NCBI GenBank assembly: GCA_964547425.1
Contig: CAZJNH010000006.1
Location: forward strand, 6,095 to 70,094
DNA length: 64,000 bases
DNA from: an uncultured Candidatus Saccharibacteria bacterium
GTDB taxonomy: Bacteria; Patescibacteriota; Saccharimonadia; UBA4664; CAZJNH01
Reading direction: 5' to 3'
Shown piece by piece: positions 54,166-64,000 of this stretch (within the stretch, counting starts at the first letter, position 1; each line of letters starts with the position of its first letter). Below the pieces are notes generated by a model. It did not search any database and was not told where the DNA came from. It worked only from the letters and a program-made list of their open reading frames with translations. Made by a program: the position numbers and the translations under genes.

Positions 54166-57100
54166 CTATTTTACAGATTTAGCGGCTTTTTTCAACGGTT
54201 TAGCCGCTTCCTCGGCCACCGGCTCTTTAAACCCGGTCCCTACAGGGATCAATCGGCCGATGATCACGTTCTCTTTTAGGCCGCGCAGTTTGTCGGTTTT
54301 GCCGCGGATGGCAGCGCTGATTAACACTCTTGTAGTGTCCTGGAAACTGGCGGCGGAAAGGAACGAGTCACTTGAGGTCGCAATCTTGGTAATCGATAGC
54401 AGCAGCTGGTGGTAGGTAGCTGGCGCTTTGCCGGCCTCCTCTAGCTCACGGTTGTCTTCGATGACACCGATTTTTGAAACGATGTCGCCGGTCACAAACA
54501 GGCTGTCACCGGGCTCTTCGATTTGGACTCGCGAGAACATCTGGCGAATGATGATCTCGATGTGTTTGTCGGCGATGGCTTGGCCCTGCGAAGAGTAGAT
54601 CGACTGGACCTCGGCTACGATGTAGCGCTGGACCGCGGCTTCGCCTAGGAGCGTCAGCATTTCCTGCAGGTTAATCGAACCTTCGGTTAGGCGCTGGCCC
54701 TTTTTGACCAAATCGCCGTCTTTGACTTCGAGGTCGAAGAATCCTGGGACACTGTATTCCTTAACGTTTTCACCTTCGTGGAACAGCAAGATCTTGTCTT
54801 TTTTAACTTCAACCCGGCCTTCGGCTTTAGCCTTAATCGGCTTGCCCTCGCCCTCGGCGATAATGTCTTTGGGCATCACGGTATCACCTGTTTTAACGGT
54901 CGCTTTGTGGCCATCGAGTTCGTATTCGGTAACCTTTAGATCCGGCGGGACGATGCGAATCAGGTGTTTGCCGGTTAACTGGGTAACCTGAATCACGCCG
55001 TCGATTTCGGCTAGGACCGCTTGTCCCTTCGGCGCGCGGGCTTCAAAGATTTCCTCAACCCGAGGCAGACCGGAGGTGATATCCTCACCGGCGACGCCGC
55101 CTTTGTGGAAGGTTTTCATAGTTAGCTGGGTTCCCGGCTCACCGATTGATTGGGCGGCGATAACACCAACCGGCTCGCCCAAGCGGACGCCTTGCCCGCG
55201 GGCGAGGTCAACTCCGTAGCAGAGTTGGCAAACGCCCCAAACGGCCTGGCAAGACAAAACGTTACGGACTTTGACTTGGTCGACGCCGGAGCCTTCAATG
55301 TTAGCGGCAATATCATCGGTAATTAACTGGTTGCGTTTGACGATTACCTTGCCTTTAGCATCTTTGACCTCGGAACCAGCTACTCGGCCGGCCAAGCGGT
55401 AGGCAAAGGATTCGCCGATGCTTTCGGATTCGGCCCGGGAAAGCGTGGCGCCTTTTTTGTCGCCGCAGTCAGCAACGGTGACGATAACGTCTTGGGCGAC
55501 GTCAACCAACCGGCGGGTCAAATACCCTGACTCGGCGGTTTTTAGGGCGGTGTCGGTTAGACCCTTACGGGCACCGTGGGTCGAGTTGAAGTACTCCAGC
55601 ACCGAGAAACCTTCTTTGTAGTTGGATTTAATCGGCAGCTCAATTACTTTTCCGGACGGGTCGGACACGAGGCCCAACATTCCGGCGATCTGGTTCACCT
55701 GCTCGATGTCACCGTGGGCGGCGGAGTCAATAATGACCGAGGTCGAATTGGTTTGGTGCTTCAAGGTATCTTCGAGGGATTCACGGACCTTGCGGTTAGC
55801 TTCCTGCCACAGATCAACGGTGCGCTGGTAGCGTTCCTCGTCGGTAATTAAACCTTGCTGGTATTGCAGGGAAACTTCGATCGCCTTGTCCTCGCTGTCG
55901 GCCAGGATCTTGGCTTTGTCGGCCGGAGTAGTAAAGTCGTCGAGGCTAATTGAAAGCCCTGACTTGGTAGCGTAGCGGAAACCGAGGCCCTTGATGTCGT
56001 CAACCACCTGGGCGGTCGCCGGCGCACCAAAGCGCACGAAAACTTCGGCCACCAACTGTTGCAAGGCCTTTTTGTTCATCGCCTGGTTGCGGTAACCGAA
56101 GCCTTCGGGCAGAATTTCATTAAAGAGGATCCGGCCGGCGGTGGTAACGACTCGTTCACCCTCGATTTCAACTTCGATCCGGTTTTGCAGTTTAATGACA
56201 CGGGAGTCGTAGGCGTAAATCGCTTCCGACGGCGCGTTAAAGTATTTAACCGGCTTTTCTTCCTGATATTTTTCGTAGGTCAGATAGTAGGCACCCAAGA
56301 CCATGTCTTTGGATGGGTTGATGACTGGTTCACCACTAGCGGGCTTCAGCAGGTTATGGGTGGCTAGCATTATCTCGCGGGCCTCTTTTTGGGCGGCTTC
56401 CGAAAGCGGTACGTGGACCGCCATTTGGTCACCGTCAAAGTCGGCGTTAAAGGCGTAACAAACCAGCGGGTGCAGCTGAATAGCTTTACCTTCGATTAGC
56501 ACCGGCTGGAAGGCCTGGATACCGAGACGGTGAAGGGTTGGGGCACGGTTAAGTAAGACATATTTGTCCTTGATGATCTCTTCCAAGGTGTCCCACACTT
56601 CGTTGCGGCCGCGTTCGATCATTCTTGAGGCGCTTCTGACGTTGTGGGCGAAGCCGCCGTCGATTAATCGGCCAATGATGAACGGCTTGAATAGTTCAAG
56701 CGCCATCATCTTGGGCAGTCCACATTGGTAAAGTTTGAGCTCCGGACCGGATACAATTACCGAGCGGCCGGAGTAGTCGACGCGTTTACCCAGCAGGTTT
56801 TGGCGGAAACGGCCCTGCTTGCCTTTTAGCATGTCAGAAAGACTGCGCAGCTTGCGGCGGCCGCCGGTTGAAGCAGATACGGCGCGTTCGCGGCGTGCGT
56901 TGTTGTCGATTAAGGCATCAACCGCTTCTTGGAGCATCCGCTTCTCGTTACGTTTAATCACCTCAGGTGCATCCAGTTCGATTAGGCGCTTGAGACGGTT
57001 ATTACGGTTGATGACTCGGCGGTAAAGGTCGTTTAAGTCGGACGCGGCAAAACGGCCGCCGGCCAGCTGCACCATCGGGCGCAGGTCGGGCGGAATTACC

Positions 57101-57969
57101 GGCAGCTGCGAAACGATCATCCACTCGGGACGGATTTCGGCCGATTTCATGCCTTCGAGCATTTTCAGGCGCTTTAAGATTTTGCGCTGGCGCTGGCCTT
57201 GGGCGTCTTTTTCCTCTTCCTGCAGTTCGGCGATCAGTTTGTCCAGGTCAATTTCGGTCAATAGCTGCAAGACGGCTTCGGCGCCGATTGAGGCGCGGAA
57301 CAGGTCGCCGTACTTTAAGTTCAAGTCGCGGTATTTGGATTCAGAAAGTAGCTGCAAACGGGCCAAGGTGTCGATCTCGCCCCGGGCGGCGCTGTAGTTT
57401 GCCTCAAGATCGGCCAACTCCTGGTCGCGGGCGGCCGGATCGGCGGCCTCTTTGCCGTGCTTCTTTTTGATGTCGTCCTGGCGGGTAACGTAATCTTTTT
57501 CCAGCTCGGCCAGGACCTCTTTGCGTTTGTCGTCGTTAACTTCGGTGACAATGTAGTTGGCGAAGTAAACCACGCGCTCAAGGTCGCGAATGGTCATGTT
57601 GAGGATAGTACCGATAGAAGAAGGCGTACCGCGCAGGAACCAGATGTGGGTTACCGGAACGGCCAGGCCGATGTGGCCCATGCGCTCTCGGCGAACGATA
57701 CTGCGGGTGACTTTGACGCCACACTTGTCACAAACTACGTCCTTATAACGGATCCGCTTGTACTTACCGCAGTAGCACTCCCAGTCCTTGGTCGGGCCGA
57801 AAATCCTTTCACAGAATAAGCCATCTTTTTCCGGCTTTTGGGTGCGGTAGTTGATGGTTTCAGGTTTAGTGACTTCGCCGTGGCTCCAGTCGAGGATATG
57901 GTCCGGCGAGGCGAGTGCCAGGCGGACACCGTCAAACTCTGAAGTTGGTTGGTCGTGTAGGTTTAACAT
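54166..57969 (-). CDS. rpoC: RNA polymerase subunit beta'
   Basis: [27 protein letters not shown]. Confidence 0.98.
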   Translation of the reverse strand: MLNLHDQPTSEFDGVRLALASPDHILDWSHGEVTKPETINYRTQKPEKDGLFCERIFGPTKDWECYCGKYKRIRYKDVVCDKCGVKVTRSIVRRERMGHIGLAVPVTHIWFLRGTPSSIGTILNMTIRDLERVVYFANYIVTEVNDDKRKEVLAELEKDYVTRQDDIKKKHGKEAADPAARDQELADLEANYSAARGEIDTLARLQLLSESKYRDLNLKYGDLFRASIGAEAVLQLLTEIDLDKLIAELQEEEKDAQGQRQRKILKRLKMLEGMKSAEIRPEWMIVSQLPVIPPDLRPMVQLAGGRFAASDLNDLYRRVINRNNRLKRLIELDAPEVIKRNEKRMLQEAVDALIDNNARRERAVSASTGGRRKLRSLSDMLKGKQGRFRQNLLGKRVDYSGRSVIVSGPELKLYQCGLPKMMALELFKPFIIGRLIDGGFAHNVRSASRMIERGRNEVWDTLEEIIKDKYVLLNRAPTLHRLGIQAFQPVLIEGKAIQLHPLVCYAFNADFDGDQMAVHVPLSEAAQKEAREIMLATHNLLKPASGEPVINPSKDMVLGAYYLTYEKYQEEKPVKYFNAPSEAIYAYDSRVIKLQNRIEVEIEGERVVTTAGRILFNEILPEGFGYRNQAMNKKALQQLVAEVFVRFGAPATAQVVDDIKGLGFRYATKSGLSISLDDFTTPADKAKILADSEDKAIEVSLQYQQGLITDEERYQRTVDLWQEANRKVRESLEDTLKHQTNSTSVIIDSAAHGDIEQVNQIAGMLGLVSDPSGKVIELPIKSNYKEGFSVLEYFNSTHGARKGLTDTALKTAESGYLTRRLVDVAQDVIVTVADCGDKKGATLSRAESESIGESFAYRLAGRVAGSEVKDAKGKVIVKRNQLITDDIAANIEGSGVDQVKVRNVLSCQAVWGVCQLCYGVDLARGQGVRLGEPVGVIAAQSIGEPGTQLTMKTFHKGGVAGEDITSGLPRVEEIFEARAPKGQAVLAEIDGVIQVTQLTGKHLIRIVPPDLKVTEYELDGHKATVKTGDTVMPKDIIAEGEGKPIKAKAEGRVEVKKDKILLFHEGENVKEYSVPGFFDLEVKDGDLVKKGQRLTEGSINLQEMLTLLGEAAVQRYIVAEVQSIYSSQGQAIADKHIEIIIRQMFSRVQIEEPGDSLFVTGDIVSKIGVIEDNRELEEAGKAPATYHQLLLSITKIATSSDSFLSAASFQDTTRVLISAAIRGKTDKLRGLKENVIIGRLIPVGTGFKEPVAEEAAKPLKKAAKSVK

Positions 57970-60900
57970 TACTCTTTCACCTCCGCTTCGGCGGCCGCGG
58001 GTTGGACTTCATCCTCACTGGCTAGATCAACCAGCGGCATATCGGCTACCACCGCTTCGCCTTGAACTAATTTTTCTTCTCCGAGATCGGTGACGTCCTC
58101 CTCAAGCTGGGAGGCGATTACGTGTTCCGCGTCGACTTCACCTTCGGGAGCATCGGGTTTGACCAGTTCAACCCCCAGGGTCAAACTTTGCAGTTCCTTC
58201 ACTAACACATTGAAGGATTCGGGAATGCGCGGGCCGCGGATAGGCTCGTTTTTGATAATCGATTCGTAGGCTTTGGACCGTCCCACGACGTCGTCGGATT
58301 TGATCGTTAAGATTTCCTGCAAGGTGTAAGACGCGCCGTATGCCTCAAGCGCCCAGACCTCCATTTCGCCGAAGCGCTGGCCGCCCATTTGGGCCTTACC
58401 ACCCAGCGGCTGCTGGGTGACCATAGCGTACGGGCCGGTTGAGCGGGCATGAATCTTGTCGTCAACCATATGCTGGAGTTTGAGCATGTATTTAATACCG
58501 ACGGTGGTTTTTTCCTGGAAAGGTTCGCCGGACAGGCCATCGTAAAGCTGGACCTTGCCGTCTTCGGGCAAGCCGGCTTTTTTCATTTCGCCTTTAATTT
58601 GCTCGATGGTGACACCGTCAAACACCGGCGAAGCCACCTTGTAGCCCAAGGCTTGAGCGGCCCAACCGAGGTGGGTTTCAAAGATTTGGCCGATGTTCAT
58701 CCGGGCGCCAACGCCGAGCGGGTTCAAAATAATATCAATCGGTGTGCCGTCTTCCAGATATGGCATGTCTTCCATCGGCAGAATCCGGGCAATTACGCCC
58801 TTGTTGCCGTGGCGGCCGGCCATTTTGTCACCAACGGCGACTTTGCGCATTTGGGCGACCGAAACCGACAGCTGTTCGATTACGCCGGCCGGCAGCTCGT
58901 CGCCTTTTTCGCGGGAAAGTACCTTAACGCCAACCACTTTGCCGCGCTCGCCGTTGGGCATGCGCAGCGAGGTGTCTTTAACATCGCGGGCTTTTTCGCC
59001 GAAGATAGCGCGGAGCAGTTTTTCTTCACTGGATAGTTCCTGCTCGCCTTTAGGTGTAATTTTGCCAACCAAAATGTCACCGGCCGAGACTTCGGCGCCA
59101 ATGCGCACGACGCCGGTTTCATCGAGGTCTTTGAGTGAGTCTTCGGATACGTTCGGAATATCGCGGGTAATCACCTCTGGCCCCAGTTTGGTGTCGCGAA
59201 CATCAACCGGGTAGGTTTCGATGTGGATCGAGGTGAAGGTATCGTTCGAAACCAAACGGCGGGAGATAACGATAGCGTCTTCAAAGTTGTAGCCGCCCCA
59301 GTTCATAAAGGCCGCCAAAACGTTTTGGCCTAGAGCCAATTCACCGTTCTGGGTCGACATGCCGTCGATTAAGACATCGCCTTTTTTGACGTTTTGGCCG
59401 CTGTCGGCCACTACCTTTTGGTGGACGGCGGTTTGCTGGTTGGTCCGGACGAAGGTTTCGGTTTTGTAGGATTTAGTGCCGGTTTTGTAGGTCACAACCA
59501 CTTCATCGGCGGTGGCTTTGTCGACTTTACCGTCGGCCTCAGCGCGAATAACCTGGCCGGAGTTGTCGGCCAGCATTTTTTCGATACCGGTCCCAACTAC
59601 AGGTGAATCCGGCACAATCAGTGGCACGGCCTGCTTCTGCATGTTGGCGCCCATTAAGGCTCGCTTGGGGTTGTCGTGCTCAAGGAAAGGAATTAATGAA
59701 GTCGAAACCGAAACGATCTGGCGGGAAGAGACGTCCATATACTGAACGTTGTTAGGGTCCTCTTCTTCGGCTTCACCGCTGCGCCGGGCGGAAACCCGGA
59801 GCTGGGTGAAGTAGCCGCTTTCGTCATAAGGCGTACCGGCCTGGGCGATGACGATGTTTTCCTCGTCGGAAGCGTCAAGATAGACAATTTCGTTTGAAAC
59901 CTTGGCTTTCACCGGCACTGGTTTGGCGAGTTTGTCGAGTCGGGTGACGTGAGCTTGGGTGATTTTGTCACCGGGCGAGACGATTTCTTTGCCTTTGTCG
60001 TCGCGGATAGTCGAGCGAGCGATGTGGCCAACTGCCTTTTTGGCTTCGACTTGGTTGATTACTTTCCGGTAGGGGGTTTCGATAAAGCCATATTCGTTGA
60101 TCTTGGCGTAGCAGGCCAGGTTGGAGACCAAGCCGATGTTCGGTCCTTCAGGAGTTTCAATCGGGCACATCCGGCCGTAGTGGGTTTTGTGGACGTCACG
60201 AACCTCAAAGCCGGCCCGCTCGCGCGACAGACCACCTGGTCCCATAGCGTTTAGGCGGCGTTTGTGGGCGATTTCCGATAGAGGATTAACCTGGTCCATA
60301 AACTGACTCAATTGGGAGCTGGCGAAGAATTCGCGGACGCTGGCAACGATCGGCCGGACGTTGATTAACTGGCCGGGGGTAACGGTTTCGAGCTCATACA
60401 CACTCATCCGATCTTTGACGATCCGCTCCATGCGGACGAGTCCGATGCGAAAGCGGCTTTGGATCAGCTCGCCGACGGTCTTTAGGCGGCGGTTAGCCAG
60501 GTTGTCGATGTCATCTGCCTGGCCGATACCGTTGGAGAGTTTGATAATCTCGGAGACGATAGCGACCAAGTCCTCGCGGCGCAGGACGCGGTGGTCGGCG
60601 TCGTTAGGAACGTTTAGGCTAAGGCGTTTGTTGATCTTGTAGCGGCCAACCTTAGAAAAGTCGTAGCGCTTAAAGTCAAAAAACATGCTTTCAATTAAAG
60701 CTTTGGAGTTTTCGACGGTCGCCAGATCTCCCGGGCGAATCCGGCGGTAAACCTCCATTAGAGCCTCGGCCATGGTCGAGGCCGGGTCTTTTTCGAGAGT
60801 GTTTTTGATTAACGAAGTCTCTTCGGTATCGACTTCTTTGAATAGTTCGAGAATCTCTTGGTCGGTACTGTAACCAAAGGCGCGCAGTAATGTAGTGACC

Positions 60901-61454
60901 GGAAGTTTGCGTTTGCGATCGATTTTTACCGACATAACACCGGCCGAGCTGGTCTCAAGCTCCAGCCAGGCGCCACGGCTCGGTATAACTTTGGCGCCAA
61001 ACAAGTCAACACCACTAGTGCCGTCGACGGTAAAGAATACCCCCGGTGAGCGGACTAATTGAGAAACAACTACGCGCTCAACACCGTTAATAATGAAGGT
61101 TCCGCGCTCGGTCATCCAGGGGTAGTCGCCGAGGAAAACCTCCTGCTTTTTGACTTCGCCGGTTTCTTTGATGATTAATTCAACCTTGGCCTTGAGCGGC
61201 GCCTCATAAGAGGCGTTACGGTCTTTGGCGGTTTGCTGATCGTACTTTGGTTCCTCAAAATGAAAATCTTTGAACGCCAAAGCCAGGTTCTTGCCGGTGA
61301 AATCTTCGATCGGTGAGATTTCGGCAAAAAGCTCGGTTAGGCCCTCGGTGATGAACCACTCGTAGGATTTAGTTTGGATCTCGGTCAGATTGGGCAGCGG
61401 CAACGCTTCGGATGCCGTCCCAAAAAACTTACGCTCGGCCGCGAATTTGGGCAA
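57969..61454 (-). CDS. rpoB: RNA polymerase subunit beta
   Basis: [36 protein letters not shown]. Confidence 0.98.
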   Translation of the reverse strand: MPKFAAERKFFGTASEALPLPNLTEIQTKSYEWFITEGLTELFAEISPIEDFTGKNLALAFKDFHFEEPKYDQQTAKDRNASYEAPLKAKVELIIKETGEVKKQEVFLGDYPWMTERGTFIINGVERVVVSQLVRSPGVFFTVDGTSGVDLFGAKVIPSRGAWLELETSSAGVMSVKIDRKRKLPVTTLLRAFGYSTDQEILELFKEVDTEETSLIKNTLEKDPASTMAEALMEVYRRIRPGDLATVENSKALIESMFFDFKRYDFSKVGRYKINKRLSLNVPNDADHRVLRREDLVAIVSEIIKLSNGIGQADDIDNLANRRLKTVGELIQSRFRIGLVRMERIVKDRMSVYELETVTPGQLINVRPIVASVREFFASSQLSQFMDQVNPLSEIAHKRRLNAMGPGGLSRERAGFEVRDVHKTHYGRMCPIETPEGPNIGLVSNLACYAKINEYGFIETPYRKVINQVEAKKAVGHIARSTIRDDKGKEIVSPGDKITQAHVTRLDKLAKPVPVKAKVSNEIVYLDASDEENIVIAQAGTPYDESGYFTQLRVSARRSGEAEEEDPNNVQYMDVSSRQIVSVSTSLIPFLEHDNPKRALMGANMQKQAVPLIVPDSPVVGTGIEKMLADNSGQVIRAEADGKVDKATADEVVVTYKTGTKSYKTETFVRTNQQTAVHQKVVADSGQNVKKGDVLIDGMSTQNGELALGQNVLAAFMNWGGYNFEDAIVISRRLVSNDTFTSIHIETYPVDVRDTKLGPEVITRDIPNVSEDSLKDLDETGVVRIGAEVSAGDILVGKITPKGEQELSSEEKLLRAIFGEKARDVKDTSLRMPNGERGKVVGVKVLSREKGDELPAGVIEQLSVSVAQMRKVAVGDKMAGRHGNKGVIARILPMEDMPYLEDGTPIDIILNPLGVGARMNIGQIFETHLGWAAQALGYKVASPVFDGVTIEQIKGEMKKAGLPEDGKVQLYDGLSGEPFQEKTTVGIKYMLKLQHMVDDKIHARSTGPYAMVTQQPLGGKAQMGGQRFGEMEVWALEAYGASYTLQEILTIKSDDVVGRSKAYESIIKNEPIRGPRIPESFNVLVKELQSLTLGVELVKPDAPEGEVDAEHVIASQLEEDVTDLGEEKLVQGEAVVADMPLVDLASEDEVQPAAAEAEVKE

Positions 61455-61572
61455 TGTGAACCCCCGCTTAAATCTTATATTTTGTTGTTAGATAATCGCC
61501 GAGGTGTTTCTAAAACACGTAAGACCAGGGCATAAACGCCCTAGCGTATGATTTAAGCATCCTCTGAAGTCA

Positions 61573-61600
61573 ATTTTACGGATTCGCGGCGGACTGTCAA
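61573..61600 (-). promoter_or_regulatory. rpoB promoter
   Basis: TTGACA-16-TAAAAT followed by a hairpin-containing leader. Confidence 0.55.
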
Positions 61601-61660
61601 GTGCTTTTGACGAAATAATTTAGCGCACCTGTCACAAAAATTGTCGCTTCAGCTAAGTTT

Positions 61661-62260
61661 TTACTGTTTGGAGATGATCGAATCGACGATACCGTAGGCT
61701 TTGGATTCGTCGGCGCTCATATAGTAGTCGCGGTCGGTATCTTTGGTAACCTGCTCGAGCGGTTTAGAGGTGTGTTGGGCTAGGATTTCGTCGAGTTTTT
61801 TGCGCATGGCTAGAACTTCGCGGGCGGTGATTTCGATGTCAGCCGGAGCACCTTCGAAACCGGCGGAGCCCTGGTGAATCATCACCTTAGAGTTAGGTAG
61901 TGCCAGCCGTTTACCTTTGGCGCCAGAAGCGAGCAGGACTGCTGCCATACTCATTGCCATACCGACGACAATAGTTGAAACGTCGGGCTTAATCAGATTC
62001 ATCGTGTCGTATATCGCCAGTCCCGCGTAAACTTCACCGCCCGGGGAGTTGATATAGAGTTTGATGTCTTTTTTAGGATCCTCGCTTTCGAGGAATAGCA
62101 TCTGGGCAATTACCAGATTGGCCACGGTTTGGTCTATCGGCGTGCCGAGGAAGATAATCCGGTCTTTGAGTAAGCGTGAATAAATGTCATAGGCGCGCTC
62201 ACCCATACTGGATTTTTCGATAACGGTCGGAATTAGGATTTGGCTCTTTTGATTGCTCAT
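61661..62260 (-). CDS. clpP: ClpP protease proteolytic subunit
   Basis: [32 protein letters not shown]. Confidence 0.97.
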   Translation of the reverse strand: MSNQKSQILIPTVIEKSSMGERAYDIYSRLLKDRIIFLGTPIDQTVANLVIAQMLFLESEDPKKDIKLYINSPGGEVYAGLAIYDTMNLIKPDVSTIVVGMAMSMAAVLLASGAKGKRLALPNSKVMIHQGSAGFEGAPADIEITAREVLAMRKKLDEILAQHTSKPLEQVTKDTDRDYYMSADESKAYGIVDSIISKQ

Positions 62261-63540
62261 TTCTTACCTTCTACATACTCAATTATACGATTTATTACTT
62301 TTTGGCTCATTAAATGGTTGTAAACGCTTTCGCGGCCGTCGGGGGTGTCGAGCTCCTGCTGGATCTTGATGTCGGTGTACTGCGCCTTGAGTTTGGCGAT
62401 CTCGGCGTCCAAATCCTTGGCGCTAAGCGTTAAACCCTCGCTTCGGGCGATTTCACTGAGTAGAATTGCCAGCCTAACCCGTCGTTCGGCCTCCGGCCGT
62501 AATTCCTGCTCGATCACCTCTTCGGATTTACTCGAAAGTTTCAAATACTCTTCCCAGCCCAAGCCGCGGCCTTCGATTTGCTGGCGAAACTCGTCCAGCA
62601 GTTTGTGCTGCTGTTGATGCGTTAATCCAGGAGGCACCTTGAAGTTGCTTTGCTTTAATAGTTCATCCAAAACTTCGCGTTCGTACTGATAGCCAGCTTC
62701 GTCGTCCTTTTGGGCCTTCAGCTTAGAATGCACATCGGCGCGCAGCTCTTTTTCGTCTTTAAACGGGCTAATGGCGGCAATAAATTCGGCGTCGACCTCC
62801 GGCAGGTTAATCTGCCAAACGGCGTTAACTTTGACCGCGAAATGCAGAGTTTTGCCAGCAACTTGTTGGTCGTGATAGTTCTCCGGCATTTTAATGTCAA
62901 ACTCGGTTTCGGAGTCGGCGGTCTTGCCAAGCAAATGCTCCTCAAATCCAGGTACTAGCCGACCCGCGCCCAAGCGGGCGCTGAAGTTCTGGGCGGAGGC
63001 TTGCGTAAGTTCCTGGCCGTTTTGGCTGCCTTTGAAGTCCATAGTAACCTCGTCGCCCTGCTCGGCGCCGCCTTTTTTGACCATTCGCGAGGCTTGTCGG
63101 TAACGCAAGTCCTCAATTACCTGATCGACCTCCTTATTATCAACGCTAACTTGCGGGCGTTTGAGGTTGATTTTTTTGTAGTTCGGCAGCTTTACTTCCG
63201 GCAGGACCTCGACTTTAGCGGTGTATTCCAGCTCGGAATAAGGCACGAATTTCTGAAGTGTGACCTCAGGATGCGCGACAACCTGAAGACCAAGATCCTG
63301 GATCGCCTTGGAGTAGCTGGCAACCGTCGCTGCTTCGATTACCTCCTGCTGAACGTAGTTGTTGCCTAGCTCGCGCTCAACAATAGAGTCCGGCGCTTTT
63401 CCCGGGCGAAACCCGGCGGCCTTGACCTTAGGGCGAAGTTTTTCAAAAACCTGCTTAACTACCGGCCTTAGCTCGGATTCAGGACAACTAACCTGGATAA
63501 TAACTTCGGTTTCATCTTTAGTTTTGATCGATGATGGCAT
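62257..63540 (-). CDS. tig: Trigger factor
   Basis: [16 protein letters not shown]; upstream of clpP. Confidence 0.93.
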   Translation of the reverse strand: MPSSIKTKDETEVIIQVSCPESELRPVVKQVFEKLRPKVKAAGFRPGKAPDSIVERELGNNYVQQEVIEAATVASYSKAIQDLGLQVVAHPEVTLQKFVPYSELEYTAKVEVLPEVKLPNYKKINLKRPQVSVDNKEVDQVIEDLRYRQASRMVKKGGAEQGDEVTMDFKGSQNGQELTQASAQNFSARLGAGRLVPGFEEHLLGKTADSETEFDIKMPENYHDQQVAGKTLHFAVKVNAVWQINLPEVDAEFIAAISPFKDEKELRADVHSKLKAQKDDEAGYQYEREVLDELLKQSNFKVPPGLTHQQQHKLLDEFRQQIEGRGLGWEEYLKLSSKSEEVIEQELRPEAERRVRLAILLSEIARSEGLTLSAKDLDAEIAKLKAQYTDIKIQQELDTPDGRESVYNHLMSQKVINRIIEYVEGKK

Positions 63541-63681
63541 TGAAAACTCTAATTACGAACGGCAATTTTAGCAAAAAATCACTTATGCTGCCAGCATAAG
63601 CGCGGTAATAGTAAAGAGCCGGCCATCATCGATGTGGCCGGCTCTTTTTCGAACCTCGACCCGCTCCCCGCAAGTCGAGAT

Positions 63682-63978
63682 CTAGTAATACCGCATCTGC
63701 TGGCTGACCGTCTCATGGACGCGGCCGAAGCCGTTCAGCTGGCTGGCGATCTGGGCATCCGTGAAGTCGATCACGTAATCCTGGTCTTTGACCGGGAGTG
63801 CGAGGCCCAACGCTGTGGCAGCGATGATCTGCTGCTCCGGCGTAAGAGGGAAAGGTGTGCAGTCTCCGCAACTGGCCATAACGGGGATGCGCTCCACGTT
63901 ATTCCGGTCAAATTTGCGGATGACATCGGCCGGTCGGTCGCAGCCACACATCACACCAAACAAGACTTGTGTTGTCAC
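63682..63978 (-). CDS. Hypothetical protein with CxC..CxxC
   Basis: GGAGG RBS with GTG start; hairpin at 63614-63648. Confidence 0.5.
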   Translation of the reverse strand: MTTQVLFGVMCGCDRPADVIRKFDRNNVERIPVMASCGDCTPFPLTPEQQIIAATALGLALPVKDQDYVIDFTDAQIASQLNGFGRVHETVSQQMRYY

Positions 63979-64000
63979 GGTTACCTCCAGAGGGAGATGC

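Overview
Core chromosomal region of a Patescibacteria (CPR) bacterium, probably Saccharimonadia-like. This is inferred from the missing rpmD/uL30 between rpsE and rplO, the MARD...SRREG..HPKA uS4 N-terminus, and many leaderless genes. Standard genetic code. The minus strand carries tig-clpP, rpoBC-rpsLG, fusA, tuf-rpsJ, rplC..secY, infA..rplQ and rplM-rpsI. These normally contiguous operons are split by about 35 kb of accessory DNA: small orphan cassettes with their own promoters and terminators, a purC-purB-HD-DEDD operon, CHAP and M23 hydrolases fused to tectonin-like repeats, rarA, a second sigma70, a PIF1-HRDC helicase and an R-M pair. Most notable non-coding signals: (1) a ~510-nt densely structured non-coding unit at 8410-8922 with its own promoter and terminator; (2) a three-gene array punctuated by a repeated double-hairpin element (41.2-42.8 kb); (3) cassettes bracketed by duplicated terminator hairpins; (4) two distant paralogous genes with identically spaced, covarying 90-nt leaders; (5) two REP-like dispersed repeat families; (6) four GAAC-N7-GAAC SOS-type boxes. 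All family assignments were made by eye from motifs, with no database searches.
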